A stretch of 63,998 nucleotides of DNA, filler included, from Reticulomyxa filosa (lineage: Eukaryota; Protista; Foraminifera): assembly GCA_000512085.1 (NCBI GenBank). It is 21 parts of 21 records of this genome, joined end to end, with 100 filler letters (N's around TTAATTAATTAA, not from the genome) between each part and the next. Parts side by side here need not be neighbours in the genome. Positions count along the whole stretch, not along the records: positions 10,765 to 21,281 come from ASPP01012003.1; positions 21,382 to 26,202 come from ASPP01006001.1; 19 more parts are not named here. One strand, given 5' to 3'. Under the pieces are notes generated by a model. It was not told where the DNA came from and ran no database searches. It saw only the letters and a program-made list of their open reading frames with translations. Made by a program: the position numbers and the translations under genes. Shown here in pieces: positions 11,393 through 22,706 of this stretch (positions are counted from its first letter, which is position 1; every line of letters starts with the position of its first letter).

Positions 11393-13503
11393 ATGTCACA
11401 TATTGAAAAGATTATGACATTTTTTGGAGATAGCAAAACAGAATTGAGTAATAACAACGATGAAATATGGCGTGATCATGCAAAAGAACCACAATTATTA
11501 TTTGAAAAAAAAGACGCAATTTTGGGTGTGTTGTTTGTGTAGATATGTCAATTGTCGACCAATCAAAAAAAAAAGGGAAAAACTTGGGTGTGCATATGCA
11601 TAAACGAAAGAAGAGCAAGCAGATGAAATAACAGGAACCTCTCCAGATAAAAACCAACAAAATATGATGGACAATACCGAGCATGTATGTATGTGAACTT
11701 TCAATAAATATGTATATACAAAGTAAAAATTGGGGGGAAAAAAAGGCAACGTTGAAAGTGAATGAAAATTGTATAAAAATGGGACCAAATCCAAATACGA
11801 ATGGAAAAGATGAGAATGAAAACAATATAAAGAAATCAATAATTGAGAACAAAGACGGAACTCAAGAGCCAACAAGTCCATCACAGCACGGACTGGGAAA
11901 ATATCACATCAATGCTATTCGCTTGGAACATAGATGTTGCTTTGGCTTTGACATAGGTTAGTTTTTTTTTTTTTAATTGCATAAAAAAAAAAAAGTGAAA
12001 GAAACATCTAACATACAACGCAAAACCGTGCATTGATCAAATTTTTTTTTAACAGACTCACTGTGTCCCCTTCCCCCCCTTTCAATGACGTAAAAAAAAA
12101 AAAAAAAAGGAGGATCGCTGACAAAAATCTGCTTTTTTGAACCGCACACATCGACATCATCAAATAAATCTCCTGTTTGGGCAGAAAGCGACAAAAACAA
12201 AGCGACGTTTTTAAAATCCAAAGTGAAATATGGATTGACCGGTGTGCGTGATCCTTCTTTGTCGTTTGAATGGCGAAACGGCACTTTTCATTTTGTCAAC
12301 TTCGATACCCTTCGGATGAAAGAAGCTGTTACTTTATTTCAGTCGGAAAACTTGATTCAAAAAGACGAACCTTTTTATGCCACCGGCGGTGGTGCATACA
12401 AATATGCGTCGATGTTGAAGGAGCATCTCGGCGTGGTTGTCAAAAAGGGCGACGAATTGCAATGTTTATTGAGGTCCAACTTAACAACTTCGAACATATA
12501 TTAAACAAAACACAACAAAATACTAAACAACATACACTTTTAGTTTATTGCACGTTATATATGTATGCATATGTATATACATACATATTTTTTTTATTTA
12601 CAAACCCATTTTTTTAAAAAAAAAAAAGAGTACATTTTCTAGGAAGGGAAAAAAAGTAAAATTACTGGATATTGAATCAATGACTTTTTATTACATATTC
12701 AAATAGGGGATTAAACTTTTTGCTTACCTATGTGCCACACGAGTGCTATTACATTTCAAACCCCGAGCAAAAAATGGTAAATCCAAAGAAAGTTCCGTTG
12801 AATATTCAAAAAGAGGGGAGCATCTTTCCTTATCTTTTAGTTAACATTGGATCTGGGGTCTCTATTTTAAGAGTGGACTCACCAACCGCTTTTGAAAGGG
12901 TAAGTGGAACGTGTGTGGGTGGCGGAACTTATTGGTAAAGTTATTCTTTATATATGCACATATGTACATACCCTTCCTTTTTTTTAGAATTAAATTAATC
13001 AAAAAAAAAAAAAAATGAAGGGGTTTGTGTCGCCTTGCAGTGTCACATGACATAACATTCGAAGAAGCGTTTGAACTGGCCACAAAAGGAGACCCAAATA
13101 AAGTCAATATGACAGTGAGCGATATCTATGGCGGCGATTATAAAATATTTAACTTGCCTGGTGATGTTGTAGCATCTTCATTTGGTAAACTTATGGGAGT
13201 TGAACATCCACGCGAACAAGTGGAACCTGCCGATATCGCGCGTTCGCTATTGGATATGATTGCTATGAACGTTGCACAGCTGGCTTATTTGAATGCCATG
13301 CGATGCAACATCACCCGTATTCTCTTCGCTGGAAATTTTTTGCGACAAAACGACATTTCAATGGCCATGATTTCCTATTCCATTGATTACTGGAGTGGAG
13401 GGCAAATACGTGCATGCTTCCTGAAACATGAAGGATATTTCGGAAGTGTTGGTGCTTTTTTGTTCCTGAAGAAGAAATGGAAGAAAAAGATGCTCAGCAG
13501 TAA
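11393..13503 (+). CDS. PANK: Type II (eukaryotic, Fumble family) pantothenate kinase, multi-exon; start codon uncertain
   Basis: Spliced motifs: FGFDIG|GSLTKI (intron 11957-12109), FYATGGGAYKY, FPYLLVNIGSGVSIL, RVSGTCVGGGTYW|GLC, DIYGGDY, ASSFGK, FAGNFLR, KHEGYFGSVGA. The true stop is probably TAA 13501-13503, after a homopolymer indel near 13456. Confidence 0.93.
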
Positions 13504-14646
13504 CTTCCTATTTATTTTTTATTCTTTTTCTTTTTTCTTTTTCTTTCTTCTCCCATTTTGCATTCCCACCGCCTTTTTTGGGAGGTTAGCAAAAACAGCT
13601 CAACTTTGAGAACCTTTCGAATATATCCTACCTGTTTCGTGCTTATGTTTCTTTTTTTTTGTACCATCCTTCAAAACACATCTCCTTACATTTTCGACAT
13701 TTTAATTTGATCTAAAAAACCAACCATTTTTTATGTTCTTCGCAGTTGGTTAAACAAAAGTTTCATTTTTTCATCAGTGTTCAGGTGGTCAAAGATCGTG
13801 GACACAATAATTAATTCAATATACCCTTGAAATTCTGTTGTTATATGTTATAGAGCACATTTATTGCATAATAAGCTTTAATAATGCTTGAAATAAGAAA
13901 AAAAAGATAGAAAATACTTGCGACGAAAGTTTTGAAACAACTCAAAAGTTGAGGGGGCCCTAGCGCAAACTTTTTGACGTTGTCTTTTATTTTTTTAACT
14001 ACTAAAATTTTGCCTTGTTTGTTAACTAAATATGATCTGTTGAGCGCTCGTGCTTGTTTTTTTGAAACAACGCATAATCATCGCCAACGTGTTTTTTTTT
14101 AAAACTTTTTACAACAAGTCAACACCTACACAACAGAATAAAGTACTATAGAACAATAGATAAAACTGCTGTATGCGGAATATTATTTCTACTTTTAATT
14201 TTTTATCGAGTTTCCAAAAAAGGAATCAGGTCAATAAATTTGAAACAGTATTAACAAAACAGACAAAAAAAGAAGAACAAATCGCTATTAGTAAATAGAT
14301 TTGGAATATCTTATATCCCAATCCAAAAACAAAAAAAAGTAAAAATAAAAATATTATCATAAGTGTGTCAAATTGGCATTTCTTCTACATTATCGAAACA
14401 AACAAAAATAATTTTTAAAAACAAGCAATTAGTGACAAAGCATTGCCGCATTTCCAAGCATCCACCAGACATTTTGTAAAAATATATTTAAAAAAAAGAG
14501 CCATTTTTGTATGAGTGTCAAACATTCTTGTTTAGAACACTTTTTACAGTACATCTTTCTGTGGTGGAATGATATCGGATGCCTTGTCGATCATTTAAAT
14601 GTCGCGTGTGCGAGTACTCATTGAGGCCACCTTCACTGTGTCTGCA

Positions 14647-15813
14647 TCAGCCAGAGGAAAAAACTGGCGCAATATTTCTGGGTTTTTTAATCAAAAAAAT
14701 TTCAGGGAAGATTTGATCGAACTGATTATTGATAGCACAAGTTTGTCCATTCTTTGAACAATTGACCTTATCATTTGCAACTGAACTCGAATTTGTATTT
14801 TCCAACGAAGTGCTTTCCAACTGGACAGTGCCTCGATCGTCTGTATCTTGCATCTCATCATCTTCATTAGCATTAATATTTTCAGTTTCTGTTTCGATTT
14901 CATCTTCTCCATTTTCCTCATTGTCACTACCGTCGTCATTGTTGTTATCGTCATCATCGTCATCATCGTCATCTTCGTTGGTTTCAGGCTCATTCGCACC
15001 TTCACCAGTATCGATAACTTTACCATTTTTATTCGACTTTTTTTTAGCAAATGTGCTCAAAAGTTTCTTTGTGTTGAAGTTCTCACATAATTGTTTCGCG
15101 ACTCTCGGCTTCCTTTGCGTGGCGATCCACAGAGCATTTTTTTCACACAATGGATGCTTGGTTTCCACGTGTCGTCGTAACGAGGATTTTCTTGTGAATT
15201 TGCGTTCAAATCCAATGTCCTCGCACAGCACGCACTTGAAAGGATGGGTATAGATTCGATTTTTCAAATGGGTCAGAATGTGGCACATTAAATTCGCTTT
15301 TTGATGGAATTCCTTTTTTTTTTTTACAATACTTTTTTTTTTTCTCTCTTTTGCCAACATAATATAATAGCAACAATGATAAAAAAAAACTTTATCACAA
15401 ATGGCACAGTTGTAATCCGATTTTTTCGAACAATGCCGTCCTTTTATGTGTCTATGTAAAAGGGCCAGTTTTTTGAATGATCTATGACATTGCAAACACG
15501 TCATGTTTGGTCCGCACAACTCTTTCAACCTTTGCTTTGTCTTTGTGTTGTTCGAACCATTTGCCACATTGCACTTTTTGAAAAAATCGTTCAAATCGAC
15601 AGCACCTTTTCGAAACAACGGCGAGGTATTAGTGTCGGTCAATACGCCATCGTGAAGTGTATTTCTTTGTATGGTTTCTTCCTTCCTTTTTATTTTCTGC
15701 GTTCCACGATTTGCTTTCATGGCATTTCGCAGCCTCAAAGTATTTTGTCCCTTCGTCCTTCTCATCGTCATCTTCCCTTTTATAGTCGATAGCTTGTTTT
15801 CTTGGTGGAACAA
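14647..15813 (-). CDS. C2H2 zinc-finger protein (3 fingers) with acidic C-terminal tail; in-frame intron 15390-15313
   Basis: Fingers: CLQC..F....LLHRHIKGRH; CAICDK|EFHQKANLMCHILTH after splicing; FKCVLC...FTRKSSLRRHVETKH. Upstream exons may extend the gene. Confidence 0.85.
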   Translation of the reverse strand: MFHQENKLSTIKGKMTMRRTKGQNTLRLRNAMKANRGTQKIKRKEETIQRNTLHDGVLTDTNTSPLFRKGAVDLNDFFKKCNVANGSNNTKTKQRLKELCGPNMTCLQCHRSFKKLALLHRHIKGRHCSKKSDYNCAICDKVFFYHCCYYIMLAKERKKKSIVKKKKEFHQKANLMCHILTHLKNRIYTHPFKCVLCEDIGFERKFTRKSSLRRHVETKHPLCEKNALWIATQRKPRVAKQLCENFNTKKLLSTFAKKKSNKNGKVIDTGEGANEPETNEDDDDDDDDDNNNDDGSDNEENGEDEIETETENINANEDDEMQDTDDRGTVQLESTSLENTNSSSVANDKVNCSKNGQTCAINNQFDQIFPEIFLIKKPRNIAPVFSSG

Positions 15814-15966
15814 ACGTTCATAACCAATTTTTTTTATTTTTTTTGTTACAACCTTTCCTTAAATGCAAGCGAATAATAAAAAAAACATAGAAACAACAGG
15901 GAGGAAAAAAAAAACTGCTGCTGTCAAAATTTTGCGAATCCTTAAGATTGACCACCAAATTCTTGT

Positions 15967-17084
15967 TTAGGATTTTTTTTTTTGACCAGACTGTTGTTTT
16001 TTCCTTGCGTACTGGAAAGTTCTTGTGGGCGGGGAATACAATGCACTTGGTGAGTTGCTGCTTGCGGTATCTCCACCATTACTTTGATCATTTTTGTTTG
16101 ATGCCACTACCAATGGCGATACCGACGACTGGGACATACACACCACATACAAATGCAAAATTTGTCCAAAATATCAAAGTACAAGAATCACAAGCTAACT
16201 GCTATACAAACAATCCTTTCTCAATACATTTGTAAGTAAGGTCAATCGATTGAACATATCTTTTTTTTTTTAATTTTGTGTGCGTGCCTTCCACGAACAA
16301 TTGACTTTTTACATCCACTCACCCATCACACATCATACATGCCACATAGTCGTACCTACCAAAGGTATAACCTTTTGCGTCTCAATGTTTGGGTCGCTTC
16401 GTCCAATTATAATCAACTCGTTTTTCAACCCGCAAATGTCTGTTTGTACCTCAATGCTCCTCGAGTACTTGGCAGTGATGACATAAGGCTCCCAGTTTGC
16501 TTCTGTTCCTGTAACCTTTGCATTTGCAGTTCTGGAGTAGTCAGGTCCATTGGTCTGGCAAAATACGTTTGCATTCAAAGGCAGGACATTTTGCGTACTT
16601 GCGTGACTCTACGCAACGAGTGTTTTTGTTATGAAGTATTTACATCACATTTGCGTTTTGCATTTTCATTACTTATCTTATTTTTTTTTTTTTAGATCCA
16701 AAATAATTGCAATGCCAAAAAAAACAAAACAACTCAAAAAAAAAAATTTTTTTTTTTGAGTTGTTTTGAACTGCATTACATACAACTTTTTATTTCTCCT
16801 TGTGTGACTGCCACAATAAATAGACAAATAAACCAAATCCTTTTTAAAAAGTGCATCCTTGTGATTTCCTTAACTGAGCTGTGGCTCACAGTAGTTGGTA
16901 ATACCGGAAGGGTTTGAATGGCCGCTGCTTCTGTGTTGCGCTTATCCACAAGGTTGAAGGTATTTGCTGTGTCGCTTACAACATAGAAAAAGCCTGGAAA
17001 CGTTGGCAAACAAACCGAAGGTGCTGGTGTTAGATATTTCTCGTATTCAAAAAATTGCAAATGCTTCACATTTTTGTCATTCAT
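15967..17084 (-). CDS. Hypothetical exons, possibly the 5' part of the C2H2 gene
   Basis: Three coding-like segments (16776..17084, 16333..16578, 15967..16158) separated by AT-rich intron-like stretches. No domain recognised. Confidence 0.35.
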
Positions 17085-17648
17085 CGTTGCTTACTCTTTT
17101 TTCCTCCAAAAATACAAACACAACTTTTGGTTTAAAAAACTGAACAACAGCACAAAAAAAAAACGGGACTTTAAAAAAATGGTAATGTATACATATGTGT
17201 ATAATATGTCATCTCCGTCATTTACAAATGAAAGAGAACCTCAAGATAATTGAACACAGGATCAGTAAAAATGTTGTAGAAATCGTTGAGCCCCAAAACA
17301 ACCGCAAAGTGACACTTCTCCAACAAAATTTTAATCTCAAAGGGGGTCGTTCCGGCGGTCTACACAGTCTGTTGTTCCATTCTACACAAATTTGACTTTC
17401 ATAGTACACCTTCAATTGTATTATCTAAAAGAAGGAACTATCTCTTAAATGACAACGATTTTCCATCATTTTAAACTTTCTTTTTAAATTTAATTCAGCG
17501 GCTTCAAAACCAAAAAATTGATGAGAATATTGTATAAGTTGGAAAAAGTGTAAAGCGGCAGGACTTGTTCTATGTCATCTTTTTAAACAGAAGTTGTGTT
17601 TTTTTTTAAAAAAGGAAATATTTTTGCTAATTGCGCCACTAGGCTACT

Positions 17649-20120
17649 ATGACCGCAACTCTAACATTAAGTTATCCTCCAGATCCCTCTCCATTGCTGA
17701 GAAAGGGTTGTAAGCGAAAGCATGAAGAAGAAGGTTCAGAAGAACAGAGAGAGAAGAAGCGCCGTCGAATGAACGAAGAAGTAGCGACAAACGCATTAGT
17801 AACAAGCGAAATGGCAGATCAAGAAGAGTCAATCAATCAAGACGAATCAAACACAAAAGAACAAGAGAGTTACTATCAAGTATTCGGTGAGGAAGCGCAA
17901 ACAGAAATAATAATAAGACACGAGATTTTGCAAAAGCGAGGAGCTCCCTACATTAATTGCAAAGTTTATAAAAACTCCAACAAAAGAAATTTTTGAAAAA
18001 AAAAAAAAACTTGAAAAAAAAAATTAAAAAAAAAAATCTCCACAACAAAGGATTTTGCGTCTTGTTTGCTGTGGATATTGGGCGAGTTTATCTGTCCACA
18101 ATGGGTGTTTGTGAAGAACAAACTGTTAGTGGATCGAGTGGTGGTAGTGCAAATCGATGGACTGGATGACAACTTGGTGACACGACTGATGAAATTATAC
18201 GAGCAAAAGTGTCCAAGTCAATCCAATGATAACACTCGTGGTATTGATAACACAAATACAAATGACAACAGTAATGATAATAATGATAACAAAAATAATG
18301 ACAATGAGAATGAAAAAAACGCTGACGAAGAGAAATTGCAATGGACGTACCATTTGCAATTTCCGTTTTTTCAACCCAATCAACGTTGTCCAATGTTATT
18401 GCATTTGAAGTCCTCTCACGCGAGGAACAACCATTTTTCTGCATTTGATTTACTCGCTCATGTGTACTTGAGCAGTTTGAAAGGATTGGACAAATCGATC
18501 AAAGCTGATTTGGAGAAATATTGCACATTTTCTCGTTACAATGGTTATCGCACAAACAATGCTCGTCTCCATCGTTTGCCTTCCCCCACAGCCACTTTGG
18601 AATACTTTCCATCGGATGAGACAAGTACTTCAACAGCAACAGCAACAACAACAACAACAACAGGTACTACCACAAATTCTTCTCATTTGACAACCAATCA
18701 CTCAACACAACATACATCTAATTTATCCACGTCATCAGATTCCAAACTCAAACAAACCACACAATGGAAATGTACTCCGTGGCAATTGGTTCCAACCTCG
18801 GATGTCCTATTTGCCAATGGCTTCCCCACCGAATCCGACTCCACCTATGCACACTTTCGCCGATTCCCTTCCGAAGATCCTTCCAGCCCTCGTCATCAAC
18901 ACGTTTTACATATGGTCAGCATTGATTGCGAAATGGTTCAAACCACATTTGGCATAGAGTTGGCACATATTGCAGTTGTTGATGACACTGGAAAATGCAT
19001 CTATAACCAATATGTTAAACCTTGTGGTCCGGTCATAAATTATAATACACAGTTTCGATGTATATATATGTATATGTACATTTATATGTGTATATATTTT
19101 GTTGTTGTAATTTTTTTTATAAAAAAAAAAAAAAAAGAATGGAGTGGGATCACAGAAATAGAACTGCTAACGGCTTCCAAAACACTGGATGATGTGTACA
19201 ATGATATTAGTCAATGGATAAGCCAAGAGACATATATAATTGGACATGGACTGGAAAATGACTTAAAAGCTCTCCATGTCATCCACGAAAATGTGTTGGA
19301 TACTTCATTGTTATTTCCAGCTGGCAGTGCTTGTAAGCATAAGCTAAAGTACTTGGCTTCCAAGTATCTCCATCGTGATATTCAACAATCCGGTAATGGC
19401 CATGATCCAAATGAAGATGCTTTGGCTGCACTGAATTTAATTCAATTAAAAGTTACTGACATATATGTTGTATACATATACACACATATATGTGCACACA
19501 ATTTTTTTTTATTTATTTAAACAGTTAACGAACGGATTCAGCTTTGGTCGTCCTTTTGATATGCGTTGTTCCATTTTTAACGTGTTAAAAAAATGTAAGA
19601 TAAATTCAATGATAATTGGGCCATTACCACTAATTCAAAAAAATCAGCGTGCAGCTGTCTCTGTTATTTATGGAAAATCAAATAGTGATACATTTGCAAA
19701 GTGCTTTCATCAACTTACCAAGACCACGGATTTCAATAAAACCAAACTACTGTGGGCTTACTTGCAAGATGAAGGATACACGGATATCGCTTCATCACAA
19801 CCAATGCATCCCAAAACCACACCTTTGGGAATTTTAACTCAACAACTTCTTGAGTTGTACAATAGTGCCAAGAATAATACTGTTTTCGTATTTGTTGGCG
19901 GAAACAAATCATCAAAGTTATCTATATATAATTTTTTTTTATCAACTTGCCAATAAATGCAATACATCTTTGATCTATTGTGCGTATGTAGCTCACAGGA
20001 AAACGGAACAGGTCAACACGGTCCGCCAAAACAACGCCCTGACTCTGGACAATTTCATCCACAGTTATTCCCGGTTTGGTTTTGTGTCAAGCATAAGCAG
20101 CCACAGTGTAACGAAACATA
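17649..20120 (+). CDS. REX1/REXO5-like DEDDh 3'-5' RNA exonuclease, multi-exon; 3' end approximate
   Basis: ExoI SIDCEMV, VKPCGPVINYNTQ..SGIT, ExoII IIGHGLENDLKAL, VLDTSLLF, LKYLASKYL, ExoIII GHDPNEDA. The N-terminal PQWVFVKNKLLVDRVVVV block is typical of this subfamily. Confidence 0.9.
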
Positions 20121-21381
20121 GCTTATTTTGTTTTATTATCTTATTATTGTTTGGTTATTCAATTCATCGCATCAAAAAAAACTTTGAAAATTTGTTTCAA
20201 AGGACACAAAATTTGTACTTGTTCCTGTTCAGGAAAGAATTATACCAATTCATAAAAAAATTTAAAACCAAATGCCTAAATGTAAACAAATTCTGAAAAA
20301 TGATTTAAATAACTGTTTCAATGTTAATAGAGTTTAAATGTCATTTTACTTTGAATTTTTTTTGCTTGCAGCAAATACATTTTTTTAAATATTTTGAGAA
20401 TGAAAAAATAAACAACAAGAATCAACATTTAGTTTCAATTTTACGAAATTTTGTTTGTTGCCATTTTATAAAAAATACGTATACATGATTTTTTAATTTA
20501 TAAAAATTTGCTATTTTACCAAATAGTTTGTGACAATTTTTGATTATCTAACCTTGTGCGACATGTTGTAATTACTATTGGAATCAGGGTGTTAACCTTC
20601 AGCACAAATTTGAAAAAATCTGTCGTAAAAAAATGGTTGGGAATGCTGGCTGCGACGAGTCAGACGCAATAAAATATTTATGTTCAAGGCTATGGCAGTG
20701 AATGAATTAAAAAGAAGCAACAAGGTCACTTCTTTAACAGAGAAAAGAGCAACCTTCATGAAAAGTTTAAAGCCACTTTTTCGTTTTTGAGTATGTTGGG
20801 CAATCTAAAAACCTTTTTAATTTTAACTTTTTGCATGTTTTGGCGCAGTTTTAATGTAATTACAAAAATTATCATAATTACGGAAGTCGATTCATTGGCT
20901 TTATTCATAAGAATTTTTGCACAATCAAAAAAAATATTTTAAGGGATCATTAATTTTTAGAAAGAGATTTGGTTCAATTAATGCTTTGTGATCTTTTTTT
21001 TGCCTGTGGGCGTCTCAGTAAAATTATAAATTACTTTTAATGAAGATGAAATATACAAGTCATTCATAAAGATGCATCTTGTTGGAGGAAAATGTCAAAA
21101 TACATTGAAAAAAGAGTTGATATTTTTGTATAAGAACTGAAAAAAACGATTAATCTGTTACTTTTTTATACTTTACACTCGGCAAAAAAGCACAATAGGA
21201 TACCAAAGTATTGAGTTGGAGATTGAACAATAGGTAGGTCCTTGATTAAAGATATTGATATCATTCTTCGCTCTCTTCCAGNNNNNNNNNNNNNNNNNNN
21301 NNNNNNNNNNNNNNNNNNNNNNNNNTTAATTAATTAANNNNNNNNNNNNNNNNNNNNNNNNNNNNNNNNNNNNNNNNNNNN

Positions 21382-22365
21382 CATATGCATGTTCATATGC
21401 ATGTTGCTGCACTTGTGCTGGATACTCTGTCACAATATTCCTCCAGTAGTTGGATCGAGTGGGTGGATAAGAGGTAATGTTTTCACATTGAGAAGCGGGG
21501 AAAAACCATTGCGGAAGGTTGTCCAATGGATCAGCTTTGCGATTGAAACTGTGGTGCTCATCTTGAGCGCAATCAAAGGCTTTTTGTATGGACTGCCATG
21601 CCGTCATGGACAATTGCAGTCCTAACAATTGATTGGTCAGCTTGGAATACAGAGCACTCACTTGGCGATATCTGACGATTAGTTCTGGTAGGAACTGATC
21701 ATTTTGTCCAAAGTCAGGGTATTCTGACAGCAGCAACGACGTATCGCCCGATTTGAATATGTTGTCAAATCGATATTTTCGATACCATAAAAGTTCTCCA
21801 CTACCGTCGCGAAAATAGTTCACATGATGAAATGGTATGTCACCCCCTACGTGTTTATTGCATTAAAGACGTCTTGTTTTTTTTTTTTTATAACATAAAA
21901 TAATAAATATCTATTGTATATATTAGATATTTGTACATATTTTTAACCTTTAGCAATTGGCTTGAACTGTGTCAATCTTATTTCACTGTCACCTATCTTT
22001 CGATCTGTATATCCGATCCATATGTTGTCTCTTGTACACTTATCGGTACGTTCTTCAAAAAAACTGTCATCCCACAATAGTCGGTTGTATACGTGTTCGC
22101 TAGTTCGGAGTGAGTTGTTTGTCTTTTTTGTATACGTCTCTTGCCTGCTTTCCTCCACTTTTTTTCTTCTGTCTGTTATCTCCATTGGTGGCTCTTCGAC
22201 ATATTTTTGCTCAAAATTTAATTCTTCTTCTTCTCCCTCATTTTTTTTACTGTTTCTATTTGATGTCTTTTTGGTGCGCTTTGCTTTCTCTGTTTCCGTG
22301 TTTGCACGTCCAAGTCTTTGTCGGGACTGTAAACAAGGCATTCATTTATGTACGTTTTTTCCATT
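21382..22365 (-). CDS. MJ1316-domain protein (predicted RNA cyclic-phosphate end recognition), 3' truncated by gap; intron ~21947-21848
   Basis: Spliced sequence LRTSEHVYNRLLWDD...IWIGYTDRKIGDSEIRLTQF...G|GDIPFHHVNYFRDGSGELLWYRKYRFDNIF matches the MJ1316/DUF504 pattern (R..WD, GY.DR..G..E, IP.H...YF, W.R..R.D.IF). Confidence 0.8.
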
Positions 22366-22706
22366 TTTACAATTTTTATATGAAAGAAATTATTGCTTGA
22401 AATTACCATTATTTAAGTTCATAAAATCTGGAGGTGGCTCAAACAAAAACCTGCAAAAGATACAAAGTTGTAATTACGGGGTAACGTGAACCAAAAAAGT
22501 AGAAACATATTTTTGTAGCATATAAAATTGATAATCCACAATTTACGACGAGATTTACAAATAGATTTGTTACTGAAAAGAATTTCAAAGAAAGAATGCG
22601 ATATTGTGATTGCAAAAATCAATTCCGGGCTGAAAGGGGTATCCATGATTTTTTGTTTCAATTTCTTTCAAAATAAAAAATAATAAATCCGCTGAACAAA
22701 AACTAA

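Noticed and set aside
1279-22365. Apparent RNA-processing cluster (NHP2, REX1-like exonuclease, MJ1316 protein)
   Set aside because: The three genes lie on different contigs separated by spacers, so their adjacency is an artefact.
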